Origin: a virus
Lineage: Duplodnaviria; Caudoviricetes
DNA length: 64,000 bases
Virus record (IMG/VR): IMGVR_UViG_3300028888_000122
Span: 7,976 to 71,975 of that record
Direction: 5' to 3' (one strand)
The position numbers and the translations under genes are program-made. Shown here piece after piece: positions 18,401-28,426 of the stretch (its first letter is position 1; each line of letters begins with the position of its first letter). The notes below the pieces were generated by a model. It was given only the letters and a program-made list of their open reading frames with translations. It was not told the origin of the DNA and did no database searches.

Positions 18401-20667
18401 CCGCCGCATGGGATATCATCAACCAGAGTGGCAACCGCTCCGCATACATAGATTCCAATATTGACCAAATCGTTGTTGACTGCGACAGTGACGGGTATGT
18501 AACCGACGACGCGTTATTCAACATCAACGCAAGGCTTGCTCTCGGCAACGCCACACTCGCTATAACAACGAGCATTTTCAGATACAACGGAGTAACCGAC
18601 AACACCGACCACGACGAAGTATCGTATGTCACCAAGCAATACTCATGGCAAAGGGGTGAGTTTTTGCAGTCAGGAGTGATTGAAGCCACGCTTGAAGGAG
18701 ATGACCAAGACGGAAACACCTGGGTTGGCCGCAAGAGTATCTCCGTAATTTCCAACAGGAAAGGCGAGAGCGTCCCAGGCAGTAGCGGTCGTGGCATCCA
18801 ATCCATAGCATCGTACTACCTCATCACTTCGTATGCGAGCGGTGTCACAAACACAAACGGTGCCTGGGGAAATTGGAGCAATGTTTATTCCATGCCGACG
18901 GCTGCAAAGCCTTACCTTTGGAAATACACGCTGTACTCATATACCGACAACACCACCTACAAGACCGATGCAGAACTGGTTTACACCTTCACGAACGAAG
19001 TCAACGAAAACCTGTTAGACGATACAGCGTTCCTCGACTTAGAAGTGTCTGATGCTTGGGATTTGAAAGGCGAGTATCGGTTGCCGTCTGGTGTGACCAT
19101 TGACGACTTGCCCCCGTTGACCCACGATGTCTCAACCATTGACGGTTATATGGGTCATAAGGCATTCCGACTTGAGTTTGCGGGATACCAAGGCAACCCC
19201 GTTACCATTGATGGAACAGAATACAAAGGAGAAAACGGGTATATCGAATACCTACGGCAGCCGATCTACGCAGTCAATGGCAAGACAAAAAAGACCGAGG
19301 CTGGTTCTTGGTACACCCTTTCCTTCTGGTTGTACGGAGTTATTGACAACACAAACTACAACCACAGCAGTAAGGCGTATTACGTTGATTTATTGTTGCC
19401 TACAACCATTGCGGTAAGAGGTGAGACAATCGTTGATGGTGTTAAAACGAGCAACACAACGATACACTTCTCGCCCACCCAGACTTGGACAAGGCACACC
19501 GTCACGTTCAAGACCCCGGCGACTATCAGCGCAGACCAATACATCCAGTTCCAGGCTTACGATAGGTTCTACACGCAAGACACAAGGTTATGTATGCCAA
19601 AATTAGAGAAAGGCATCATTGCTACCGATTATGCAAACGGAATGGTCAGCCACGAGCCTATTGTAAGAACCACTATTTGGGAAGAGAACAAAGAATACTT
19701 CCGTGGTGCGAGCGGAGAAAACTACATCGACATTGTAAATTATGGCGGCAAGTGGTTCCAGTGCAGGCAGAGCCACATATCGACTACCGGGAATGCACCG
19801 ACCATTGGAAGTCAAAACGAATATTGGAGGCAAGCAAGCAACTTCGACTTCCTTTCGACTGGTGTATTGCTCGCACAAGAGGGATACATCAACAACCTTG
19901 TTGCAACAATTCTTAGAACAGGTTCGTATCCCAATCCGCATGTTGAATTAGAAAGCGGGAGGGTTGCGTTCTATGGCGCTTTGGATACTCCTTCAATAGA
20001 AATAGTCACAGACACCAACGGTAATGCCCACTTCCGCTTCTATCACTCCGACGGGTCTTTTGCTTACGACCTCGGCCCCGAGACGATTACGCAAAATGTT
20101 GACACGGTTGATGACAAATTCTTCCCGACGCAGCATATTGCGACGACAAGTAACTCGACCATATTTGACTTCATCCTCATCAGTAATTCTTATGTTGACG
20201 AGCCCATACGAAATCCTAATATGCTCAGAGCACCAAGCCCTCAGCTTGGCGGCAAAAGCATAACAAGTTTACCCAACGGCAGTTGTGATACTTTGTATAA
20301 GTTTGTTGAAGGTTATGTCACTGTCGGTGATCACAAAGAATATAACGTGTCAGGTTCTTCTACGCCATCAGCGTTCCACTTAAAATTCTTCACGCAGCAA
20401 TCGGCAAGTATTTCCAATTACGCAACAGGGTGGTATGCAAGGCAAATTATCACCCATGCAGGAACGGCTTCTGACGGCACAAATGTCCGTGGTATCGTGT
20501 TTGATTACTACATATCAGGAGGAATCACAAAAACCGTGACCGTATATTTCAAGGAAAGTGACGCTTTTAACGGGCGCGACCGTTGCTACAATACGTCCGA
20601 AATCAGCTACAACACCCAGTATTATACGAACGTGTTAGACTGCGTACAATCATTAGCAACCCAATAA
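15496..20667 (+). CDS. Tail tip/hub protein with fibre and putative carbohydrate-binding domains
   Basis: N-terminal hub region (INRLYAYGNTRNLP...YFPN), fibre motif PTDNNAFSARRS, WTRHTVTFKTP/MPKLEKG module. Confidence 0.75.
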   Translation: MVDITIYSKNGTEKAVVKTLEYDGTFMGDRYVTVSVSSPTVIDWAIGDYLEYRGERWSLWLLPATSKVARVSTYGGAIEYKDIRFSPTEEELRRCSFLDVVLQDNEIHYTSLPNFSFYCATAKDLADRIQANLDRLYPGQWTIIANPAASITDQSLTFSNNSCWEALAVANTTLGLNFIIDSVNRQITIGGEGAFIETQMEYGFGKGLKSVERTIDDNQQVINRLYAYGNTRNLPYRFYNKRYPEGSSVFDMVQSMYLPNLMLPGICRGWRTADAVNYLDDNGCVYKDYGAEGQELTYDQSIHWYKNPDGSDYEGTIYTLWKHYSLSEDRAMYYCDRVWIESNDSVKKCGVQEGVKFFDGSDDLVDDIYPSITGFSSTEALAEALGDEEAAAQNLTYEQGVLDEILSATVDSWDGIIPEEQETTPTFYIRIKNIGFDLSDAELDASGDTPRLSMKSGMCTGREFNILECKKQVSVNGSWRDYDPNNPVSGPWSYSLKCEVAADDSIGQYFPNDNFRLSSGDRFVILGIKMPDVYVDVAENRLLKAAIVWLSENDKTGYNYSPAINNIYMAENPETSALLKEGNVLHIYDEDLDIDVEMTISQFKIKNDKQIPEYEVTLSNDKEADLVQRVTAQVHQSYTQFIGGKGEGGSSIYLIGTNSGASPTDNNAFSARRSLRMFLRKDVNDTAAGKITFEGGTDTKESADFSDERGFLSGWLGYGARISGSGTAEFESVDVRGALRAAELVFNQIRAEDGESIRSIGYGEILTVTPDVGARGQILNTGTATLKLDGNEWATIDTEDICRGLYNTIAKDYDNSNGDTVDANGFRGKAGFFSSYFEITSVTSSKGSCEFTYQLQESNGVATCEHPCPLMKFVAYGNFNRGNLESKKKRQSCIYTTAVGISPRKLFLAGVKTFDIKPQYIKIAEGNIEGVVVLEDNNGTPVQKTLHGDAGFFCEDNIYLGGIIDQFTAAAWDIINQSGNRSAYIDSNIDQIVVDCDSDGYVTDDALFNINARLALGNATLAITTSIFRYNGVTDNTDHDEVSYVTKQYSWQRGEFLQSGVIEATLEGDDQDGNTWVGRKSISVISNRKGESVPGSSGRGIQSIASYYLITSYASGVTNTNGAWGNWSNVYSMPTAAKPYLWKYTLYSYTDNTTYKTDAELVYTFTNEVNENLLDDTAFLDLEVSDAWDLKGEYRLPSGVTIDDLPPLTHDVSTIDGYMGHKAFRLEFAGYQGNPVTIDGTEYKGENGYIEYLRQPIYAVNGKTKKTEAGSWYTLSFWLYGVIDNTNYNHSSKAYYVDLLLPTTIAVRGETIVDGVKTSNTTIHFSPTQTWTRHTVTFKTPATISADQYIQFQAYDRFYTQDTRLCMPKLEKGIIATDYANGMVSHEPIVRTTIWEENKEYFRGASGENYIDIVNYGGKWFQCRQSHISTTGNAPTIGSQNEYWRQASNFDFLSTGVLLAQEGYINNLVATILRTGSYPNPHVELESGRVAFYGALDTPSIEIVTDTNGNAHFRFYHSDGSFAYDLGPETITQNVDTVDDKFFPTQHIATTSNSTIFDFILISNSYVDEPIRNPNMLRAPSPQLGGKSITSLPNGSCDTLYKFVEGYVTVGDHKEYNVSGSSTPSAFHLKFFTQQSASISNYATGWYARQIITHAGTASDGTNVRGIVFDYYISGGITKTVTVYFKESDAFNGRDRCYNTSEISYNTQYYTNVLDCVQSLATQ

Positions 20668-20679
20668 ACAAATATAACT

Positions 20680-21276
20680 ATGCAAACTACGAATTGTTGC
20701 AATAACGGAAACAGTGCGAGTGGTAATGCCACGGTAATCAAGCACGTCTATGGCAATGAAATAACAATGATTATCCCGTTGACAAGAAGGCACGTCGAGC
20801 TTCGTAGCGGCACCTCTATCGTTTCTGACGATTCTCAACTTCCAAAACTCGAGAAAGCCGTTGTCAGATTCAGCAAGGGAGCAATCAAATTAGACTTTGA
20901 TGCGCACATAGAATCGAACGCAGTAATGGTAAGAGACAAAGGCACCATACCCATTGGCACATATTCTATTACCGTCTTGTGCGAAGATTATGACGGAAGG
21001 CCTATGCGGTTCAAGCAAAGCACCGTCCTTGACGTAGTCGATACCACAGACGAAGGCGGTATGTATGACACCGATGAGTTCGACGTTATCGCATACTACC
21101 CGATTATCAACGGCCGATCCAGTGCCGTCATCATTGGCAGCGACGATGTAACAATCACCGAAGGCAAGAACTTTGGCAGTGATGACACACCTTATGACGA
21201 ATATGCCGACATCAATGCAATAATTGGTGACGGTCAAGCCCAAGTTACCGACAACGAAGTAATCCTAACGATTTAA
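20680..21276 (+). CDS. Tail/baseplate accessory protein
   Basis: 198 aa beta-rich ORF within the tail cluster. Confidence 0.45.
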   Translation: MQTTNCCNNGNSASGNATVIKHVYGNEITMIIPLTRRHVELRSGTSIVSDDSQLPKLEKAVVRFSKGAIKLDFDAHIESNAVMVRDKGTIPIGTYSITVLCEDYDGRPMRFKQSTVLDVVDTTDEGGMYDTDEFDVIAYYPIINGRSSAVIIGSDDVTITEGKNFGSDDTPYDEYADINAIIGDGQAQVTDNEVILTI

Positions 21277-21292
21277 TAATATATAATGCAAT

Positions 21293-24200
21293 ATGGCTAA
21301 AAAAAGGTTTAGAATAAAAGACAGGTCCGGCAACGTTGTGGATTACGATGTAGCCGCAAGTTCCGTGACCCTCAATGATGGCGTTGATGTCGAGCAAAAG
21401 ATAGCCGACATTGATGAAGAAGTCACTGACCTTAGTGAAACACGTTACAGAAAACCTGTCAACGGGGTTCCAAGGACAGACCTTGACAACGATGTTAACA
21501 GTTCGCTCGACAAAGCAGATTCCGCTATTCAAGGTTTAATTGTCAACAACGAAGAAGTCGTTCCTGATAGCACGGCCAAGAAAGTCCGAATCAGCATCCC
21601 GACGCAAGTGCAATCAGATTGGAACGAATCAAGCCAATCAAGCCCTGCGTTTATCAAAAATAAGCCAACTGTTGTCTCCAATGTGTTCTACGAGCCATCA
21701 ACTGGCAAGATCTGGGTATCGACGGGTAGTAGAGTTACCGAGTTGATTGACATCAACACTTTTTTCAACAGCATCTCGTACAACTCAAGCAACAACATCA
21801 TAAGTTTCCTGAACAAACGAGGTGTCGTTGTCGCTACGCTTGATGCTTCATCTTTTGTTGTTGACAAATTCGTTGAGAACGTCACCTTGGACAGTTCGAC
21901 CAACGAGTTGGTCATCACGTTCAACACCGCATCCGGGAAGAGTCCCATCCGTGTCCCGCTCGGTTCTATCTCGGGCCAAGGCACCGTTCAGAGTGTCAAG
22001 ATGAACGGAGGCACGCCGATTCAGCCCGTCAACGGTGTTATCGACTTGGGTACCGTCATCACCGAGCACCAGTCGCTTGCTAACTACCCGACTAAGAGCG
22101 AAATGGACACAGCAATTCAGCAAGCATCGCAAGGGGAAACGGTTGTGACCTCAGTTGATGATGTGGTAATCATTGACGGGTTTAACAGCAACACCGTTCT
22201 TGCCGCACCGAGTGCAAGGGCAATCAAGGAGTTGTACCTCAACTTGCAAGCCTTGCGAAATGCTTTGGCTGGTATTGCGTTTACAAGCGGCCTTCCTGCT
22301 TGGCAGACCGTTCCACAAGTCACCTACTCGATGGACTACACTGGCCTGACCAATTTCGCAGAGCCTCAGGCCACATCATGGGTCGAAGGTAGCGAGGTGA
22401 CGGTAGTGCTGAGAGCCGCAAGCGGCTATGTTCTTAATTCAAATGTAGCATCAGCCATGACAGTGACCGAAATGGAAGATAATGCTCTTACGTTGTCGCA
22501 GAACCCGACATTTGATTCCACTGGAGGCACTATCTCATTCAAGATTGCGCACATTGACCGCAACTTCAAGGTGACAGCATCTGCCGCACAAGCATTGGCT
22601 GTTACAATGAAGGCTAATAGCAATTTGAACTTGTCCAATGAAGGTGTGACAAGCGGTGAAACATTCAGCGCAACCATTACACCTGCCAACGGATACAAGT
22701 TGCCTACCACGATTGACGGGAACAATGTAAGCGGTTCTCATGGAACGGTCACTTACACACGCACATCAAACACTCAAGGAACTATCACCATTGCCAACGT
22801 GACAAGCGCACTCACCATCAATGCGGATGCCGTTGCATTGGATACATACAGCGTAACCATTGATGACAACAATACTGGCAAGGTCAGCGGAAGTAACAAC
22901 AATGCGCCAATCGAGGGCCAGCCTTGGTCAACGGAAATCAGTCTGAATAGTTCTGCATCTGAAGACGATTCAATTACTGGGATAACGGCTACTATGGAAG
23001 GCAGTGGCGGTCAAATCGTTGTCAGTGGCAATACCGTAAGCACCAATTCAGTTACGGGCAACATCACCATTACGGTGACGGTTGCGACTGTATCAAGACA
23101 TACAATCATCCTGCCGACGAATGAGCACGTCGTTGTCAAGGCGAGCGATAATAGCACAGTTCTCAAGGCGGCTGACAATACTGCACCAACCAACCCGAAG
23201 GTAACCGAAGGGGAACCTTTTAGCTGCTACATCAGCGCGGAGGAGGTTGAACAGAAGATTATCGGGTATAATTCTCCCTATACGAGTTATGAATTGTCCA
23301 ATGTGAGAATCACAATGTGGTCGCAAGACGTGACAGAAACATCTCTTGACAGGAGTTCGGGGAAGATAACCATCAATGCAGTGGCTGGAGCAGTTGCTAT
23401 CACGACGGACTCAATAGCCTTCGACGAGGGCTTGTCGATTGGCTCGAATGGTGATTTTGAGAAACAAGATGTCGCTTATTATGCTGATAATAACAACCTC
23501 GACCACTGCTGCACCAAGGATTACATCCCTATTCCGAGCGATAAGGGCATCACAAAAATCATAGCTGGGGCAGGTGGTAAGTATGGCGTTAGAGCCAACT
23601 TCCTTCCATATATTGCATTCTACAAATACGACAATGGGTCATATGAGTTTATTTCAAGTGTTTGTATTGGCAAAAAGTCGTCAGGTACACCGAGTTGGTT
23701 CATGGGTGCGGCTGTCCCGATAACAAAAAACGAGGAGCAGGTGTATCCAACGCATTTCAGGATAGGTTTCAAAACCGATATTGACCAAAGCGACACGGTT
23801 ACCATTGGAGGCACTACCACAGGTAAACGCGTTAATAGCCTTAGGAAAAAACGATTTGTCATAGGGCTGGACGCACAAGACAACGTCACCTACTTGTATA
23901 GGGGGATTGGTTATGATGGAAGATATGAAGATAGAGAAGGCGGATACGGAATAAGCTGGTGCACTGCACTGAATGCGAGTAACACCAGCGTCCAGGATGA
24001 GTACATGAGCGGCTGCGTTACCAAGTTAATCTCTGTAGGAGGTGCATCTACGCTTGATTGCGTATTAGGCAAATTACAGCCTTATAGCAAAAACTACTCC
24101 AATATTCTGTTTTTTGACCAAAATGAAAACTTTATAAGTGGCGTAAAAACGTCAGACACATCTGATACATCGTCGCTTACGGAAAAAGCCGTTACTGTTC

Positions 24201-24313
24201 CATCAAATGCCGCATATTTCAGGCTAACCACAGCCAACCCAGACGAGGCGTATGTCAAGAACCATGATAATGGTGAGTATCTTTATAAGGGTATTTATGT
24301 AACGGATAATTAA
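21293..24313 (+). CDS. Tail fibre / receptor-binding protein with Ig-like repeats
   Basis: QSDWNE...FIKNKP and SVKMNG...VIDL fibre motifs; several Thr/Asn-rich beta repeats ending ITI.A. Confidence 0.7.
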   Translation: MAKKRFRIKDRSGNVVDYDVAASSVTLNDGVDVEQKIADIDEEVTDLSETRYRKPVNGVPRTDLDNDVNSSLDKADSAIQGLIVNNEEVVPDSTAKKVRISIPTQVQSDWNESSQSSPAFIKNKPTVVSNVFYEPSTGKIWVSTGSRVTELIDINTFFNSISYNSSNNIISFLNKRGVVVATLDASSFVVDKFVENVTLDSSTNELVITFNTASGKSPIRVPLGSISGQGTVQSVKMNGGTPIQPVNGVIDLGTVITEHQSLANYPTKSEMDTAIQQASQGETVVTSVDDVVIIDGFNSNTVLAAPSARAIKELYLNLQALRNALAGIAFTSGLPAWQTVPQVTYSMDYTGLTNFAEPQATSWVEGSEVTVVLRAASGYVLNSNVASAMTVTEMEDNALTLSQNPTFDSTGGTISFKIAHIDRNFKVTASAAQALAVTMKANSNLNLSNEGVTSGETFSATITPANGYKLPTTIDGNNVSGSHGTVTYTRTSNTQGTITIANVTSALTINADAVALDTYSVTIDDNNTGKVSGSNNNAPIEGQPWSTEISLNSSASEDDSITGITATMEGSGGQIVVSGNTVSTNSVTGNITITVTVATVSRHTIILPTNEHVVVKASDNSTVLKAADNTAPTNPKVTEGEPFSCYISAEEVEQKIIGYNSPYTSYELSNVRITMWSQDVTETSLDRSSGKITINAVAGAVAITTDSIAFDEGLSIGSNGDFEKQDVAYYADNNNLDHCCTKDYIPIPSDKGITKIIAGAGGKYGVRANFLPYIAFYKYDNGSYEFISSVCIGKKSSGTPSWFMGAAVPITKNEEQVYPTHFRIGFKTDIDQSDTVTIGGTTTGKRVNSLRKKRFVIGLDAQDNVTYLYRGIGYDGRYEDREGGYGISWCTALNASNTSVQDEYMSGCVTKLISVGGASTLDCVLGKLQPYSKNYSNILFFDQNENFISGVKTSDTSDTSSLTEKAVTVPSNAAYFRLTTANPDEAYVKNHDNGEYLYKGIYVTDN

Positions 24314-24318
24314 ATAAC

Positions 24319-25881
24319 ATGGCACGAAAGGAGATAAATATCGAGCAAAGCGCAAGCCAAGTTGCAGGCCAGTCCAACGAGAACATGGCTGAGCTTGCCG
24401 CATCACGCAATGTCAATCAATCTGAGTTGACGGAAATCAGCGAAGATATGACTGCAACGGATTTTGTTGATGCTTTGAACGGGAACTTTGAGGCGTTGTA
24501 CGACGGTGCTGGCAGCAGTCAAGGCGACGATAATTACGAAGTGTTTTTCTACCGCTTACAAGGCTCAGGAGAGCACTCAATAGACTTAAGGCAGGGTGAC
24601 AAGGTGACTGCGTATGGTGAACCGAGAACCAACCAATCCAACAACAACCAAGTAAGGCTATGGTCTTATTTTGCTATGTCCACAGTAAAAGTCGGTGACA
24701 CCTTCTTGTTCAAAGGGGATAAAAATTACAAGAGTGGTGCTGACGCAAGAGTAATAACAGATAAATCACTTTCCTATCAAGGTGTTACCGTGACTTTGGA
24801 AAATGATTATTCGACAATAACAACGCAATCAGGAATGTTTATCATCAAGGTTGAGCGGCCTGTCAACGGAAGCATACCAGACTACAACCCTTTGTACGGG
24901 AAGAGGTGGCTTGCGATAGGCGACTCTATCACAACCGAGCAAAGTAGTTATTCTGATGTGTCCTACGTCTCTATTATCGCCGATAAACTGCACATGAGAG
25001 TGGAGAGTACGGCTATTGGCGGGACGCGTGTTAACTACCACTTCAACTATCTCGGTAGTGAGTTTAAGAGTGTATGGGGTGATTATGACATCATAACAGT
25101 GTTGCTTGGAACAAACGACTTTTATTTGATGTCAAATTCGCTCAAAGGTTACACTTGTGTAAATTCTGACGACTATCCACAAGACGGGATCAACACATCT
25201 CTTGACGGTGGCACCTCTCCTTCTGCAACACCATCTACCCCGAGCATGCCCACGAGGTATCAGTTGCTGGCGGAGAAACTGAAGTCGTTGTGGCCTAACG
25301 CAGTGATTGTGTTTATTTCGGTAATCAAGCGATGGGGGGATGGCCGAATAATTGATTATACAAATGCCGTTTCATCTATGCGTAATGTGTGTGCGCATTG
25401 CAACATCCATTTTGTGAATTTGTACGACGCAATCAGCCCATACACACTGGATGAAAGGGAAAAATATTTCATCAAAGCAGATGGTTCAGACGGCACGCAC
25501 CCAAACAGGCTGGCGCATGAGCTTTTCCTTGCACCAAGGATACAAAAAGTAATGCTTGACGCGGCAATGGCGCATAAGTCAGGCCAAGGGAAAATCATAA
25601 CCTATATCGGGAATGGCGGCGTATCATCTGTTGACATGACATCCAGCACCATTACAATCGGTGTGCTTGGGATAAATCTTTCCGATAAAATCATCGTTGC
25701 CGTCAGTAATAGCTCATTCAGTGTGCCAGAAACAAACGCATCGAATCACGCAACCGAACTAATCTCAAACGGATGGAGTGAACTTGTCATCACGCATGAC
25801 GGAGAAGACACATCCGCTGTCATCACGTTCACAAGCGGCAGCGTGACAAAAGAACTGACGGTTAATTATACAGCATCATGA
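24319..25881 (+). CDS. Virion-associated SGNH/GDSL esterase
   Basis: Blocks GDSITT, GGT, LLGTND and DGTHPN. Confidence 0.85.
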   Translation: MARKEINIEQSASQVAGQSNENMAELAASRNVNQSELTEISEDMTATDFVDALNGNFEALYDGAGSSQGDDNYEVFFYRLQGSGEHSIDLRQGDKVTAYGEPRTNQSNNNQVRLWSYFAMSTVKVGDTFLFKGDKNYKSGADARVITDKSLSYQGVTVTLENDYSTITTQSGMFIIKVERPVNGSIPDYNPLYGKRWLAIGDSITTEQSSYSDVSYVSIIADKLHMRVESTAIGGTRVNYHFNYLGSEFKSVWGDYDIITVLLGTNDFYLMSNSLKGYTCVNSDDYPQDGINTSLDGGTSPSATPSTPSMPTRYQLLAEKLKSLWPNAVIVFISVIKRWGDGRIIDYTNAVSSMRNVCAHCNIHFVNLYDAISPYTLDEREKYFIKADGSDGTHPNRLAHELFLAPRIQKVMLDAAMAHKSGQGKIITYIGNGGVSSVDMTSSTITIGVLGINLSDKIIVAVSNSSFSVPETNASNHATELISNGWSELVITHDGEDTSAVITFTSGSVTKELTVNYTAS

Positions 25882-26126
25882 CCCTTGACAAGAAATACCA
25901 CTTCCTCGCAGGGTTTGTAGCCGCATTAATTGTCGGCTGGCCCTGCTTGGCAAGCGGCTTGTTCGCAGGTCTTTGGGGATGCCTTGCAGGTGTTGTCGCA
26001 GGCATCGTCAAGGAGTGGTGCGACAAGGTTTATACTGGGTCTTGGGATTTGAAGGACTTGGGTTATACCTGCATTGGGGTTTGCTTGGCGATGGTATTCA
26101 TCGTAGTAATACATTTAATCTTTTGA
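25878..26126 (+). CDS. Small membrane protein of the lysis region
   Basis: DKKYHFLAG start, hydrophobic helices, KEWCD motif. Confidence 0.55.
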   Translation: MTLDKKYHFLAGFVAALIVGWPCLASGLFAGLWGCLAGVVAGIVKEWCDKVYTGSWDLKDLGYTCIGVCLAMVFIVVIHLIF

Positions 26127-26139
26127 AAGGAGGTGACGT

Positions 26140-26604
26140 ATGACTATCGACTACGAAGGATTGAAGACGATGGCGCTGCTTGTGGGAGTGGCGGCGATAG
26201 CGGTTGTTATCGCTATCATGCTGGATTTGGCGAGCGGGCTAAGAAAGGCCACCTTGATGGGCAATGCGAGGACATCGTATGCCTACGAGCGCACGACAAC
26301 TAAGTTGATGCGCAACGGCTCGGTTGTGCTCATTATGGCTATGATTGACGTGATGTTGTTCTTTGGCCACTTGTGGGAAATCATCGGTCTGGACGTATTG
26401 AACCATGTTCCCGTTGTAACGTTCATCGCAAGTGCATGGATGTGCTTTGTTCAGGCGGTTTCCATCCGTGAGAAGGCCGAGGATAAGGCCGAACGCAAAA
26501 GCGCCGAGACGCTAAAACAGTTAGCCGAGGTGATGACCACGGAGCAGTTGCAAGCGTTATTGAGCAAGGTGCAGGGCAAAGCCAACGAGAGCGGCGATGT
26601 GTAA
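26140..26604 (+). CDS. Holin
   Basis: Three predicted TM segments; DLASGLRKA and SIRE motifs; upstream of the endolysin. Confidence 0.8.
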   Translation: MTIDYEGLKTMALLVGVAAIAVVIAIMLDLASGLRKATLMGNARTSYAYERTTTKLMRNGSVVLIMAMIDVMLFFGHLWEIIGLDVLNHVPVVTFIASAWMCFVQAVSIREKAEDKAERKSAETLKQLAEVMTTEQLQALLSKVQGKANESGDV

Positions 26605-26698
26605 CCTTACAAGCTAACCTTACAAGTCTTGTAAGGTTTCCAATGTTTAAAGAATTGGAAAGAACTGGAAAGAAAAAGCCACCCCAAAGGATGGCTAA

Positions 26699-27313
26699 GT
26701 GTCAAAATCATTGATCATGACGAAAGTTCTTTTAAGCAACACAAAGGTAATGAAAAAAGTTGAAACGACAATGACAAGGATAGAAAAATACGGAATATTC
26801 TGCCGATCGTGGGAAGGCGGCTGGTCGAACCATCCCAACGACAAGGGCGGTGCCACAATGCGGGGTGTGACTTATACCACGTTCTGCGCTTTCCGCAAGG
26901 CCAAAGGGCTGAAACAACCGACCCTGCTCGACCTCAAGAACATCAGCGATGCAGAGTGGAACAGCATCCTGCGCTGGCACACCTGGGATAAGTTGAAGCT
27001 GGACGAAATCCAAGACGAGTGGGTGGCCTTCTTGATTGCTGACTGCTGTTGGATGAGTGGTGCTGGATACATCAAGCGCATCCAGAAGTCGCTCGGCTTG
27101 AAGGATGACGGCATCATCGGTGCTAAGTCACTTGCGAAAATCAACTCGCTTGACGGGTCAATCCTGTTCAGTGCGTTATGGAATCAACGGCGGGCATTCT
27201 ACATGACCATCGGTAAGGGCAAGAACAGCGTCTTTTTGAAAGGGTGGTTGCGCAGGTTGGAATGCGTGCGTCACGGCTACCTGCTTTGTAATGGAGGCAA
27301 GTACTTGAAATAG
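26699..27313 (+). CDS. Endolysin, glycoside hydrolase family 108 with a peptidoglycan-binding domain (true start may be a downstream ATG)
   Basis: EGGWSNHPNDKGGATMRGVT catalytic motif; C-terminal FLKGWLRR. Confidence 0.9.
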   Translation: MSKSLIMTKVLLSNTKVMKKVETTMTRIEKYGIFCRSWEGGWSNHPNDKGGATMRGVTYTTFCAFRKAKGLKQPTLLDLKNISDAEWNSILRWHTWDKLKLDEIQDEWVAFLIADCCWMSGAGYIKRIQKSLGLKDDGIIGAKSLAKINSLDGSILFSALWNQRRAFYMTIGKGKNSVFLKGWLRRLECVRHGYLLCNGGKYLK

Positions 27314-27333
27314 TTACATCAATGTAACTTTGT

Positions 27334-27447
27334 ATGGAAGATAGAAACCAGCATAGGGCGATACTTGGCGGCGGGTGCATCGCATTGATATTGGCGGTGA
27401 CGCTATTCCTTGTGTCGCTATTGTGCGCAATACTTGACAAGATATGA
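27334..27447 (+). CDS. 37-aa single-TM peptide (absent from the ORF track)
   Basis: MEDRNQHRAILGGGCIALILAVTLFLVSLLCAILDKI; ATGA overlap with the next gene. Confidence 0.5.
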   Translation: MEDRNQHRAILGGGCIALILAVTLFLVSLLCAILDKI

Positions 27448-28070
27448 AATTCAACAAGACACATCTGTTCGTTTTCCTCGCAGGGGTCGTTCTCGGCCTT
27501 TGTACGGGCTTTTTCTCCGCAAAGGCTATCTACGATAAGCCAGTCATTGAAAACGTCACACGGGACACCGTGACGCTTCATGATACCATTCCAGACATCG
27601 CACCGACACCGAAGGACAGCGTTAGGCTGAAGTATGTGACGCGATGGCTTCCCAGGGCGGTGCATGACACCATCGATCATTTTGTTGAGGCCAGCAAAAT
27701 GATGCACGACACCGTAGCGGTGCAGGTTCCCATCACAAGCAAACACTACGGGAGCAAGGACTATGACGCATGGGTGAGCGGGTTTGAGCCGAGCCTTGAC
27801 AGCATCAAGGTGTACAAGGAGACCCAGGTCATCACCGAGACGATAACGAGAACCGTCAAGGATAACAAGCATTTCTTCCTCGATGCAGGTGCCGGCTGCG
27901 AATACAAATTCGACAGCAAGACAGTGGCGCCCTTTGCCGAAGTCGGTGCGAAGATCAAGTTCGGCCGTTTCGGTATCGGCGCATACGGGGGTTATTCACA
28001 CGACACTAAAGAGAACAAGGGCCTTCCCTACGGAAAGGCAAAAATAACATACGACATCATCAGTTTTTAA
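27444..28070 (+). CDS. Membrane-anchored lysis accessory protein (spanin-like)
   Basis: N-terminal TM helix, RDTV/HDTI repeats, C-terminal beta strands ending in F. Confidence 0.5.
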   Translation: MKFNKTHLFVFLAGVVLGLCTGFFSAKAIYDKPVIENVTRDTVTLHDTIPDIAPTPKDSVRLKYVTRWLPRAVHDTIDHFVEASKMMHDTVAVQVPITSKHYGSKDYDAWVSGFEPSLDSIKVYKETQVITETITRTVKDNKHFFLDAGAGCEYKFDSKTVAPFAEVGAKIKFGRFGIGAYGGYSHDTKENKGLPYGKAKITYDIISF

Positions 28071-28075
28071 TACCA

Positions 28076-28309
28076 ATGGAGGCATATAAAGTACTCTATC
28101 TTGTCCGCGACCTGGCCAAAAGCATGTCAAACATTGGAGTAAAGATGGAGGATTACAAGTACATCGGCTTGTGCCAAGAATACAACGAGTTAGTAGCAAG
28201 AGGAGAAAAGAAAGAATACGCGAGAGCTATATTGTCGAAGGAATACAGTGTTAGTGAAAGCACTGTATTTCGCATTCTTAGCAGGATGAACAAGCCCGTT
28301 AAAACTTGA
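28076..28309 (+). CDS. Small HTH DNA-binding protein
   Basis: C-terminal LSKEYSVSESTVFRIL helix-turn-helix. Confidence 0.6.
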   Translation: MEAYKVLYLVRDLAKSMSNIGVKMEDYKYIGLCQEYNELVARGEKKEYARAILSKEYSVSESTVFRILSRMNKPVKT

Positions 28310-28426
28310 ACCGCTAAACCGTCGGGAATATTTGTCTGCCCATCCCGTCGGCAGTAATTTTGGTTTGTCAAATTTGCGCAACGATGACACCTAAAATTAC
28401 ACACAAACACTTAAATCTAACTACTA

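Noticed and set aside
15496-25881. Diversity-generating retroelement or shufflon in the tail-fibre genes
   Set aside because: No reverse transcriptase, no template/variable repeat pair and no repeated inverted crossover sites noticed; part of the genome lies outside the window
26605-26640. AACCTTACAAG direct and inverted repeats before the endolysin
   Set aside because: Short local duplication forming a hairpin; no further support for a function
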